A stretch of 63,442 bases of DNA, counting the filler, from Octopus bimaculoides (Eukaryota): NCBI RefSeq assembly GCF_001194135.2. It is 5 parts of 5 records of this genome, joined end to end, with 100 filler letters (N's around TTAATTAATTAA, not from the genome) between each part and the next. Parts side by side here need not be neighbours in the genome. Positions count along the whole stretch, not along the records: positions 1 to 15,953 come from NC_069004.1; positions 16,054 to 25,549 come from NC_068995.1; 3 more parts are not named here. The stretch is one strand, 5' to 3'. The notes below the pieces were generated by a model. It had not been told where the DNA came from. It saw only the letters and a program-made list of their open reading frames with translations, and searched no databases. Of this stretch, positions 12,358 through 23,562 are shown one piece after another (within the stretch, counting starts at the first letter, position 1; every line of letters begins with the position of its first letter). Position numbers and translations under genes: made by a program.

Positions 12358-13350
12358 TATGGCACATAGTATAATGCTTGTAACAAGTGACTTTACTGAA
12401 AGCATCAGCCGCAACATAAATCTTCCATCAATCACATTGACTAAAAATCAAAGAGACAAGGCAATGCAGTTGGTCTTGGAAATGCATATGACATTGCTAA
12501 GTCCCTCTTCCTTACAGTAAGTGAATTAATATGAAATAAAAAAAAAAAAAAAAACGATCAAGTATAATATATACTAATCTATTTGATGTCTCATAACGAA
12601 TGGCAACCATGCAAGCTTACTTAATCTAACTGCAACCAGTTTTGAATGTTATTTCTTTATCTTAGGCTTCATCACTGTTATCGAGTCTCCTTTATAAATA
12701 CTTTTTATCATATCTTTTCTGTCCATGTATGTGTGTGTGCATCTTTGTTTATAAGTATGTACATATATATANNNNNNNNNNNNNNNNNNNNNNNNNNNNN
12801 NNNNNNNNNNNNNNNNNNNNNNNNNNNNNNNNNNNNNNNNNNNNNNNNNNNNNNNNNNNNNNNNNNNNNNNNNNNNNNNNNNNNNNNNNNNNNNNNNNNN
12901 NNNNNNNNNNNNNNNNNNNNNNNNNNNNNNNNNNNNNNNNNNNNNNNNNNNNNNNNNNNNNNNNNNNNNNNNNNNNNNNNNNNNNNNNNNNNNNNNNNNN
13001 NNNNNNNNNNNNNNNNNNNNNNNNNNNNNNNNNNNNNNNNNNNNNNNNNNNNNNNNNNNNNNNNNNNNNNNNNNNNNNNNNNNNNNNNNNNNNNNNNNNN
13101 NNNNNNNNNNNNNNNNNNNNNNNNNNNNNNNNNNNNNNNNNNNNNNNNNNNNNNNNNNNNNNNNNNNNNNNNNNNNNNNNNNNNNNNNNNNNNNNNNNNN
13201 NNNNNNNNNNNNNNNNNNNNNNNNNNNNNNNNNNNNNNNNNNNNNNNNNNNNNNNNNNNNNNNNNNNNNNNNNNNNNNNNNNNNNNNNNNNNNNNNNNNN
13301 NNNNNNNNNNNNNNNNNNNNNNNNNNNNNNNNNNNNNNNNNNNNNNNNNN

Positions 13351-13420
<70 letters not shown>

Positions 13421-13422
<2 letters not shown>

Positions 13423-13980
13423 CTTTGACAGGTTGCCCTGCTCCCTTATCTGGTGAAAATGCTGAAGCTAGAGATAGATGAGTAGTTGGTGAGAGCTGTA
13501 CAAGCTATGTCAGTGTGCACATGTAGCAGAATGTCAGTGATTTGAGAGACAAACTCAGTTCTTGAGGCATCAGATGTAATATGCAAGAGAGAAGACTGCA
13601 CTGGTATAGTCATGTAATGTATATGAATGGAGACAGTTGCATCAAGAGGTGCTGATCTCTAAGTATGGAAGGGTAGACCCAGGAAGGTGTGAGATGAAGT
13701 GGTGAGAAACAATCTTCAGACAGGTCTCACAGAGGGGATAACAAGGGACAGAGACTCCTGGTAGTTTGCTGTGCTTAAGAAGACATGTGAAAGTAAATAA
13801 AATCGAGGTTGTCCTTGCATACAGGCATGTCCACTGCATCCCTTTTCAGTTGCATGATCCTAATCTTTTGGGCTTGTGAGTGCTGGGGCCACATAAAAAG
13901 CAAGTATCCATGCTAGTGCTACATAAAAAGCACCCAGTGGTTGGCATTAGGAAGGGTATCCAGCTATAGAAACCATGCAA
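13421..13980 (+). mobile_element. Internally deleted RTE LINE (RT piece fused to C-terminus and 3' UTR)
   Basis: FDRLPCSLIW..LEIDE*LVRAVQAM joins directly to VSVHM*QNVSDLRDKL..QERRLHWYSHVM..GRPRK, then the RTE-type 3' UTR. Confidence 0.85.
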
Positions 13981-14017
13981 CCTCAAGAGGATGTTGATAA
14001 AATATATATATACATAC

Positions 14018-14057
<40 letters not shown>

Positions 14058-14254
14058 ATCTTAGGGAAAAAATTCCAAACTTACAGGGAAAAATTCAATT
14101 TAATTTATCAAAATTAAATTAAATTTCACAATATATAAAATATATAATTTAAAGAAAAGAATCACAATTATTTAATTCATCCATGAAAATCCACAGTCAC
14201 ATATAAAAAAAATTAATAAGTAAATACACTATTTACTTATTAAATCTTTTGATT

Positions 14255-14425
14255 TCTTTCAAATGCTATGCACGGAATTTCATTCAATACTGATGTAGAA
14301 TGGAGAACTTGGTTGGATCAATTATTCGAGTCGAAATCGGGTGATTTCTATCAACGAGGTATTGAAAATCTTGTTGAACATTGGGAAGAAGTTGTAAACA
14401 ACAAGGGTGAATACATTATTGATTA
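14255..14425 (+). mobile_element. Mariner transposase C-terminal fragment
   Basis: SNAMHGISFNTDVEWRTWLDQLFESKSGDFYQRGIENLVEHWEEVVNNKGEYIID*. Confidence 0.88.
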
Positions 14426-14897
14426 ATTAATTGTTATTTTTTATTAAACCTTTAAAAAAATTTTAATTTAGTTGTACATGGAGTTGATAAGTCATGAAAA
14501 TGATGAAACATTGATGCCCATCACTCCTGAATGGGACCTAATGCAAGTTATCTTGCTTGTCTATGATTGATGTTTTAACATCATGCACATTGGTTTGGTG
14601 GTTTGACTGGAGCTGACTAGCAGAAGGCCTGCCTGGACTCCATGTCTGTTTTGGCATGGTTTCTATGGTTGTATGCCCATGTCTCACTACCTTGTAACAT
14701 TGCTGTTTGTACTCATGTTTTATACAATCTACTTCTCACTCTGAGAGAAAGGCCTTTTGTTGCCAACAGAAATAATATCTCTCTGAATTTTGTCTATCCT
14801 ATTGTTATTATATCACATATACTTTCAGAACATCCATTACTAATTAGGTTACCTAGATAAGAGAAACTATCTTCTAACTCTAACGAGTTTCCTGGGT

Positions 14898-15017
14898 ATA
14901 GGCTTCTTTCAGTTTCCTGTTGCCAAAACCAACCACAAGGCTTTGCTCAGCCCAGAACTATAGTAGAAGTCACTTGCCCAAGGTATCATGCAATGGGACT
15001 GAACCCAGGGCCACATG
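14898..15017 (-). mobile_element. SINE family B, partial
   Basis: ggcttctttcagtttcc..acaaggctttg..tatagtagaagtcacttgcccaagg..gggactgaaccc; no CpG left. Confidence 0.85.
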
Positions 15018-15323
15018 TATGTATGTATGTATGTCTCTTCTATTTCTTAATTATTATAAATCTTCCACTGAGGAAGGAACCAGTTTCCAACAAAGATACA
15101 AGGCTCCATCTTTGGGATGTAATTAACACAGGCAAATTCACATTTGGAACTTGAGAAAAGTCTTGCATATTTTTACTGTTCCACTCATAGTTTGCATTTG
15201 TAATGTACGAATCAGCTGGTCAATTTCTCTTTCTGGAAATCTCAGTTTATCCAAATTTTCCTTTAAGCATTTACTAACAAAACCTAGTAGTATGAATATG
15301 AATTCATAGTCTGGATATAGAGG

Positions 15324-15371
<48 letters not shown>

Positions 15372-15660
15372 TAATATATGTATGTGTGAATGTTGTTATT
15401 TAGTTTTATTTCAAGATTTCATACCAATTGAGAAAGAGCTGGTTTCTAACCTAGATCCAAGGCTCCATCATTGGAAATTCAACAACATCAACAGGCTGTT
15501 TTTGTATGTATGTATGTATGTATATATGTATGTATATGTGTAGATTTGTATGGTTTGTTTATGTGTGTATTTTCATGCATATAGCTGGGTATGTATATGC
15601 ACATACACAAACACACACACACTCACACAGATAGATAGATACATACATACATACATACAT

Positions 15661-15691
<31 letters not shown>

Positions 15692-15953
15692 TGCAGGCAA
15701 GCAGGCAGACATACATATTTTTTATTTAAGAAAAAAAACTTTCCTGCTCTTCCAAGTTTTCTTGTCTTTCTGTTTTTTTAAAAGAAGGGGTACATTTTTT
15801 TCATATTAACACATTTCCTTTCCTGGAAACACTTTTTTTATTTTCAAATTTCATTATCTTTCATATGATATTGTGAAAAAATATAAAAGTAAAAAAACTA
15901 AACATTCAAAAATTATAAAAAAACTCTAATAATCAAATGAGAAAATTAAATTT

Positions 15954-16053
15954 NNNNNNNNNNNNNNNNNNNNNNNNNNNNNNNNNNNNNNNNNNNNTTA
16001 ATTAATTAANNNNNNNNNNNNNNNNNNNNNNNNNNNNNNNNNNNNNNNNNNNN
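15954..16053. other. Assembly linker gap (44 N, TTAATTAATTAA, 44 N)
   Basis: The same 100-bp construct occurs at 25550-25649, 30384-30483 and 49297-49396. The 12-mer is palindromic, so it gives stops in all six frames. Confidence 0.95.
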
Positions 16054-17454
16054 TATATATATATGCAAAAATGTATTTGTTTTTACGTATATACATATAT
16101 ATTATGCATTTTATGTATGTAGAAATATATATGTATACACACACATGTGTATATATATATATACGCGCATGCATATACATATACCAGAAGTAATCGTTTT
16201 ACGAGCCAAATAATGAAAGACCCAAACATACGCAAGCAGGGAGCAAATTAATGAATATTCGGATGTAATTGCAAAACATATTATCAAAGACATTATTTGA
16301 TTGATGTGAGGTCTTTTTGTTTGTTTTTTTCTTCAATGAATCAAAAATAAGAACGACATTGATAAGCTAATACTGTAAACTTAGCAGTGGTATCGTTACA
16401 TTGTCAGACGAATTATATTAACTACAGCCAAATATAAAACAGAAATATCCCTGCAATATATATGTTCATTGTGTTGCATGTATATGAAATTCCTTTCACA
16501 TGCAGATATTTGGAGAAAAGATATTTGTTTTTCTACTATAAACAGTAAGCTTGTTTTTCGTCAAAAAGAATTAATTTTATGGACAATTTTTTGGCACTCT
16601 ATTATTAAAATTGAAGTATTTACCGAGTGTCGTAAAACAAACAAAATCTACAACAAAGTGGCAATGCGACGCGCCTCAGTTTCAATTCTTATTTAAATTT
16701 GCATATATCTGTATTTTGGCGATTTACATTGAAGAGGAAATCACGACATGTTGGTCACCAAAATCCTTGAAAAGCATTGGCAAAGAACTATAGGCTATGT
16801 TAGAAAGTATATGACTAAGATTCTCACAATAAGAATGAACCCGAAGCCATGTAGTTACAAAGGAAATTTTTTAACCATGCAATGTTGCTATGTGGTTGAG
16901 AAATATATATATATATATATANNNNNNNNNNNNNNNNNNNNNNNNNNNNNNNNNNNNNNNNNNNNNNNNNNNNNNNNNNNNNNNNNNNNNNNNNNNNNNN
17001 NNNNNNNNNNNNNNNNNNNNNNNNNNNNNNNNNNNNNNNNNNNNNNNNNNNNNNNNNNNNNNNNNNNNNNNNNNNNNNNNNNNNNNNNNNNNNNNNNNNN
17101 NNNNNNNNNNNNNNNNNNNNNNNNNNNNNNNNNNNNNNNNNNNNNNNNNNNNNNNNNNNNNNNNNNNNNNNNNNNNNNNNNNNNNNNNNNNNNNNNNNNN
17201 NNNNNNNNNNNNNNNNNNNNNNNNNNNNNNNNNNNNNNNNNNNNNNNNNNNNNNNNNNNNNNNNNNNNNNNNNNNNNNNNNNNNNNNNNNNNNNNNNNNN
17301 NNNNNNNNNNNAACAAGAAATCAATAGCAAAGAAATATTCATTTTTAATTTTAGTATATTGAAAAATTTATAATCACTGAGTATTACCAACTCAGACTAT
17401 TACAGGTGCAAAACTCCAAACTGGATTTTAACTCGGGTTTATCTAAATATCCCT

Positions 17455-17660
17455 TTCTACTATCGGGACAAGGCATGAAATTTTGGGAGAGACGTTCTAG
17501 TCGATTACATCGAGGACAGTGCTCAGCTGGTGCTTATTTCATCGACCTCGAAAGGATGAAAGGCAAAGTCGACCTCGGCAGAATTTGAACTCAGAACATA
17601 AAGTCAGATAAAATGTCACTAAGCATTTTGTCCGGCATGCTAACGATTTCTGACACCGCC
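17455..17660 (-). mobile_element. SINE family A
   Basis: cgaaaggatgaaaggcaaagtcgacctcggcagaatttgaactcagaa..gcatgctaacga. Confidence 0.9.
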
Positions 17661-17669
17661 CTCGAAGTT

Positions 17670-17880
17670 ACTGGTCTTGCACATCGGACAAAATGCTTGG
17701 CGACATTTCGTCCGTCTTTATCTTTTGAGTTCAAATGCCGCCAAAGTCGATTTTGCTTTTCAACCTTTCGGGGTCGACGAAATAAGTACCAGTCGATTAC
17801 CCGCGTCGATTACATTGACTAGTTCTCTCCCGCAAAAATTTCAGGCCTTGTGTCTATAGTGGAAAGGATTATTGTCATTA
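17670..17880 (+). mobile_element. SINE family A
   Basis: ggacaaaatgcttggcgacatttcgtccg..gagttcaaatgccgccaaagtcga..cctttcggggtcga..aagtaccag..aggccttgtg..aaggattatt. Confidence 0.9.
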
Positions 17881-18014
17881 TTTTCTAACAGTAGCGTCTA
17901 AAGATATATTTTTAATTGGGTTTGGGGCAAAAAGTCAATTCTTCGGGTTTCCTACTCAAATCATACTGAGGCATACCTAAACATCAAAAGACATTAAGTG
18001 TAATGTTTTCAACC

Positions 18015-18170
18015 GGGACAGTTATTTGACTGGTACTTAATCTAACGGACTCAGGAAGAATGAAAAAGAATACCAACTTATTGCTGGGTTTTGAACTCAG
18101 AAAACACGGGTACGTCCCATAAACACGTGTTATTTAGTCGTGCTCCCTATCGTTTTTGCTATTCCATCGC
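18015..18170 (-). mobile_element. Heavily decayed SINE family A
   Basis: actggtacttaat..ggaagaatgaaa..tttgaactcagaa blocks are still recognisable. Confidence 0.55.
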
Positions 18171-18561
18171 CTTAATAATTATTATTATGAATCATACTTT
18201 ACCATATTTATGATACAAAACTGTTCAGTAGCAGAAATATATGTATATACGCAATTAAGAATGTGTCCATGTATGTATATATGTAGGTAAGTAGGTAGAT
18301 ATATAGGTAGGGATGTAGGTATATATGCATGTTTTATCTAGCTATGTATTAAAGCCACAGTTTTAAGTAATGCACTTTCAAAAATTGCTCCAAGCATTTT
18401 ATATAATCTTCTTAAGTTGACATTTGCCGACTTCACCTTCAACTGTTGTGTATGTCTTAATTTCACACTTTAAACATTGTTATGCATTCCTTCTCAAATG
18501 ATAGCAGTTAGTTTATGGGCCAGCTAACGTTCTATTGTTAAACTTGCACAATTTTTGTGAG

Positions 18562-18605
<44 letters not shown>

Positions 18606-19154
18606 CAGACAGGGATAGAGATTTTTATTACGATGGTAGCTCTAACATGGCTAATGTTTTATTCACCTTAGAGTTATCTGAAAGCATTGGAGTTAGGGAA
18701 GTTTAGGTTAATGTGTGTGTATGTTTGTGTGTGCGTGCATGATACAAGGTTTTGAAGAGATAAGGTCATGGTTAATAGTAGCATTTGACTGTCAAGTAGT
18801 TGTTTTTCAGTAAACCAGTATGGATGGCAGTTTGTGAAATGTCAGTATTATACATGGAAATAGAATGATTGAGAGAGTAAGAGAGAGAGATGAAACAGAG
18901 TTGATTTGACGGGCATTTGTAGAGAAAGAGACCTGCCAAAGTTAATCAATTGTACCTCTTAACAAGTGTAAATGAAGAACAAATAATTAAATGGAAATAG
19001 TAAAATCAAGGAAGCAATTAAGCAAATAAATAAATAAATGAGAGAGTAATAGAACATTTCGTACTTTTCAGTTTCGTGTTCATCACTCAACAAAGAATAT
19101 TGGAGAATTGATTGCAAATAGCTTTAAATAAACGTTTTAAATTAATAACTTGAA

Positions 19155-19400
19155 GGTACGTTGTGTAATGATTAAATATTGGTTTCAAGATCATTAGGTC
19201 CTCGATTCGATTACCGGACCCAGTCATTCGTTCAGAATGGCACTTTATTTCACGTTACTTCTGTCAATCAGTTGCGAATGAGCAGCAGCGATGACGAGGT
19301 AAGTTAACTCTGTAATGGACTGGTGTGCCGTTCATGGACGAGACAGCAGTCCATCACAATCACTTAAATACCATAGCAACCGAGGTGAGCTTCAGATTAA
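19155..19400 (+). mobile_element. tRNA-headed SINE of a third type (CORE-like centre)
   Basis: B-box-like tcgattcgattacc; cactttatttcacgtt block resembles 49018-49050; followed by ctgtaatggactggtgtgccgttc. Confidence 0.55.
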
Positions 19401-19571
19401 TGGGACTATATACTAAAACAGACAGTTTGTTGTTGTCATCATCATCATATCATCATCAAATGAAGAGCATCAAATCATTAAATAGAGAATGCTATTATAT
19501 GAAAAGGGTGAAATTTTTAAAAATTAAAGCTTTTAAAATCTAAAAGAAGCATAAAGTTAATGTTGTTGTTT

Positions 19572-19612
<41 letters not shown>

Positions 19613-20136
19613 GAAAGATTTATTAACTTTTATTATAATATAAATTAGGCATGATTATCTCTGGTTCTTAGTATTACATTAATAAAGGGTTTAAAGGATT
19701 ATGAGAATTGTTATTTATGACCCTAATTTAAAATATTTAATCATTTACAGTTTATAATTCATGGTTTGCAAAAAGTTGTTCCGTTTTGTGTCAAACAGAA
19801 AAAGTGGATAACCAAAAGTTTTAATTTTGATTTAAATTTAAAAGTAGAATAATTCTAGAAGGCTTTTAAATAATAATGAAGGAAAAGGCATGTGTAAAAT
19901 ATGCTGATAGGATAAAGCTAATAGCAATATCAACAATAATTCTTAATCCATTATAACATTTTATTGCCCAGTACCTGTAAGGTAAACAAAACAAAAATAT
20001 AACACACATTTAAGCTTATATAGATTTTAGAGGTGTATCGCATAGTGTTAAGCAATAAAGATGCAGTATAGAGACACACAGGCAGAGGAAGAGAGAGCGT
20101 GTGTATACGTGTGTGTATGTGTGTGTGTATGTGTGT

Positions 20137-20184
<48 letters not shown>

Positions 20185-20474
20185 TTCTGTGTTTGTGTGT
20201 GTGTTTATTTGTATGTGTGTGCGATTTTAACTATACGTGCCGATAATGGAAGCCTTGTAGATAAGAATTAGGTAGTGAATAAGTGGATTATAATGAATTA
20301 TGTAGAGTATATAGTTACGGTAATAGTATTTTAAGAATATAGTAATAGGTAATATTTGGTAAAGGGTAAAGTCATGGAAAGAAAAAGAAATATGTAAGGA
20401 GACACAGTCAGATGAGAATATATAAGAAGATTGGTAAAATTAATATAAAAATATAATAAATTTAACCGTAAATC

Positions 20475-20822
20475 ATTATTAGCAGTGTACAATTTACGTT
20501 CTGAGTTCAAATTCAACGGTGGTCGACTTTGCCTTTCATCCTTTCGGGGCTGATAAATTAAGTACCAGTTGCGTACTGGGGTTGATCTAATCGACTGGCT
20601 CCCTCCCCACAAAATTTCGGGCTTTGTGCATAGAGTAGAAAAGAATTATTAGCAGTACACAATTTACGTTCTGTGTTCAAATTCCACCGAGGTCTACTTT
20701 GCTTTCATCCTTTTGGTGCTGATGAATTAAGTACTAGTTGAACACTAGGGTCGATGTAATGAACTTGCCCACTTATTACTCCCCCGAAATTGCTAGCTTT
20801 CTGCCAAAATTTGAAACCATTA
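20475..20822 (+). mobile_element. Two tandem 5'-truncated family A SINEs, period 170 bp
   Basis: Both start attattagcagt..acaatttacgttctg (20475 and 20645) but end in different 3' tails. Confidence 0.9.
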
Positions 20823-21081
20823 TTACTAATACACAATGAAAAGTACGCCAGCATATTCATTCGTGATTTCAGTCATTAATTTAAAATCTAAGTTTGAAAA
20901 CTTCTGTGCATGAAAGCTTAGAAGCATTCAGAATGTTTAATTAAAAGTAGGACCGTGGAAATAGAATTTTCATGCTTTCTGCGATGCAGAGGTTGCAAGG
21001 TTTCACTCAATTTAGTATATTCCATCTTCGGTTGATGGATGCAGACTTAGCTTGCAAAAAGCTAGTAATCTCTAATTATAT

Positions 21082-21451
21082 TTATCTTTTCTTTTATGTT
21101 TTACTTGCTCCCATCATTAAACAGTGAACAAGCTAGGACACCATGAAGACTTTTAGTCGAATGAATCGACCCCGGTATGTTTATTAAAACCTGGCACTTA
21201 TTTGATCGGGCCCATTTGCCGAAAACCAAGTTACGGGGATATAAGAACACCAACATCGGTTTTCAAACGGACATGCACGCACAAATACACATATATAAGG
21301 GCTTCTTTCGGTTTCCTTCTACGAAATCCAGTCACAACGCTTTGGTCTGTCCGAAGCTATACACTTGCCCAATGTACCACACAGCGAGACTGAACCCGGG
21401 ATCATGTAGTTAGGAAACAAACATTTTAACACACAGCATCGCCTGCGCTTA
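21082..21451 (-). mobile_element. Full-length SINE family B (diverged)
   Basis: Head (cgcctgcgctta end), body and A-rich tail are all present; aligns to 43042-43422. Confidence 0.85.
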
Positions 21452-21704
21452 TTTGTCGAGATCTGTAAATGTTTGTATATGGGATCATTAAGTTCGTGTG
21501 AAATGGTTTAATACTATGCCGATATAGTATTTAGGTATGGTTCGTCTGTGTGGTGTACTGATAGACAATGTCTCTCATGAAGAATTTTTAGTCTATGGGA
21601 AGCATTTCATAATTAAGGCAGTTACATCGTCTCCTCGATTTCTATGTTTTTCATACACATTCATACATCTATTCATGCATACTGACACAAAAATATATAC
21701 ATGC

Positions 21705-21829
21705 AGGCGCAGGCGTGACTGTGAAGTAAGGTTTTTTCTCCCCAACTATATGGTTCTGGTATCAGGTTCACTGCTTGGTACTTTCAGCAAGTGTCTTTTA
21801 TAGCCTCGGGCTGACGAAATCCCTGTGAG

Positions 21830-21830
<1 letters not shown>
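21705..21830 (+). mobile_element. SINE family B, 5' part
   Basis: aggcgcaggcgtgactgtg..agcaagtgtcttttatagcctcgggctgac..gtgagtg. Confidence 0.8.
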
Positions 21831-21881
<51 letters not shown>

Positions 21882-22590
21882 TTCTTGTCCATCACACCGT
21901 CATTTCCCCTTTCTCTATTGCTTCTCTCTAAATATGTAGACACTCACCCTCCCTTTTCTCTTTCTCTCTCTCTCTCTCTATCTCTTTACTTCACTCTATC
22001 ACTCCATAATTCTTCTCTCAGAACCTTAATCTCTCTTCTACTGTTCTCTCTTTTTCTCTCTCTCTCTATTTCATCTCTATAAATACATAGACACACACAC
22101 ACTCACTCTTTCTCTTTTTCTTTACTTTTCTCCATCGCACCGTCCTTCTCTCAACCCCTTAAACTCCCTAAATATAGTATATATATATATGTGTATGCAT
22201 ACATATATGTATATGTATATATATGCATGTGTATGTGTTTTGTGTATATATGTATATATAGACACACTCTTTCTCTCTCTTCTCTATTTTTTCATTTCTA
22301 ACACAGTCTTTCTTCTCTCAGACCCTCAACCTCTATTATAAATACATACTCCCTCTCTCTCTCTCTCTTTCTCTCTTTGTCTCTTCACTTCTCTCCATCA
22401 CGCCCCTTTCTCTATCTCTTCACTTCTCTCTGTCACACCGTCTTTTTATTCTCTCAATCTTTCTAAATATATAGACACAAACATTCTCTCTCTTTCTCTC
22501 TTCCTCTCTTCTCTCAGCCTCTCAACCTCTCTAAATATATAGACACACTTTCTTTCTCTATTTCTTCACTACCTTCCATCACACCGTTAA
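21831..22590. repeat. Pyrimidine-rich modular degenerate repeat
   Basis: Recurring modules ccatcacaccgt and ctctcaacc..ctaaatatatagacac separated by (CT)n. Confidence 0.75.
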
Positions 22591-22646
22591 TTTTTTTTAA
22601 TAAATAGATAAATAAATACATAAATAAATAAAATATCAATAAAAAA

Positions 22647-23562
22647 ATGTCCAGAAACTGGAGGAGCATGGAATTGGCGTTGTTTTTGAGAGCCTGGCAC
22701 TGTGCTGAAGGAGATAACCCAAACAACATAATCACAGCTGCGCTGAAGAGCAATGGTTACACCAGAACATTAGCACAGATAGAACGAAAGAAGCACGAGT
22801 TTACACGTTCCTATACTCTCATACGATCCCATATCAGCACTTTTGATGCCATCTTTGATAATGAACACAGCAAAGAGGACAAGGATGGAGGCACAGATGC
22901 TGATGAAAGATGTCACCCCCACTTGGCAGACACTCAAGAAAACAAAGATGATTCAAGAATACAAGAAGATTCAAGCGAGAAACCTGCCTGGAAAGTAAAC
23001 TCAAGTGCAAGTGCCCCTACCACCATCAAAACGAAAAACCATGGAAGTGAAAGAGCCAAGAAAGAACTAAAAAAAGCAAAAATTAAAACAGAAACAAAAA
23101 ATGAAACAGCCAAAGAAAGAAGCAAACCTAACTACCCATATAACAAAAAAAGATAAAAAGAGACAGCACACACGAATATGCAAATTCTACTTGAAAGGTG
23201 TCTGCTGGCATGGAGAGAAAGGTGCAAGCTGCCGTTTTGCACACCAAAGACCACGCCACATAAACATGAAACAGGGCGGAAACCACCTGCCAAAAGGAAA
23301 GGACTACGCACCACCTGCTCCAAAACGGAGGAACACAGATGTAGTGCGTGTTACAAACCAAACTTCTCAACATGTTGTTGAAAGGGCAGCTGCTGAACAA
23401 CAATCTTTTTTGTGCGTGGCACAAGAGATTGTACAGCAGCTGATCTGGCTGCATCAATCTCACATATGGGACTATCCCCAATACACAAGATCACCACAGC
23501 AAATAGACCCAAGGTGGGCACCACTGGCAATAATACACACATTACAGCGGTGCTCTTACTGA
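22647..23562 (+). pseudogene. LINE ORF1 (frameshifted) with Myb/SANT-like N-terminus, Lys-rich linker and CCCH zinc finger
   Basis: ORFs 22647..23156 and 23101..23562. C-x7-C-x8-C-x3-H at 23179-23244 (CKFYLKGVCWHGEKGASCRFAH). RNW..E...L..W..GYTRT..QI..K pattern at 22647-22814. Confidence 0.7.

Noticed and set aside
19272-19298. 27-nt exon-like unit ending GAG|gtaagt
   Set aside because: It falls inside a SINE body; nothing independently supports exonisation.
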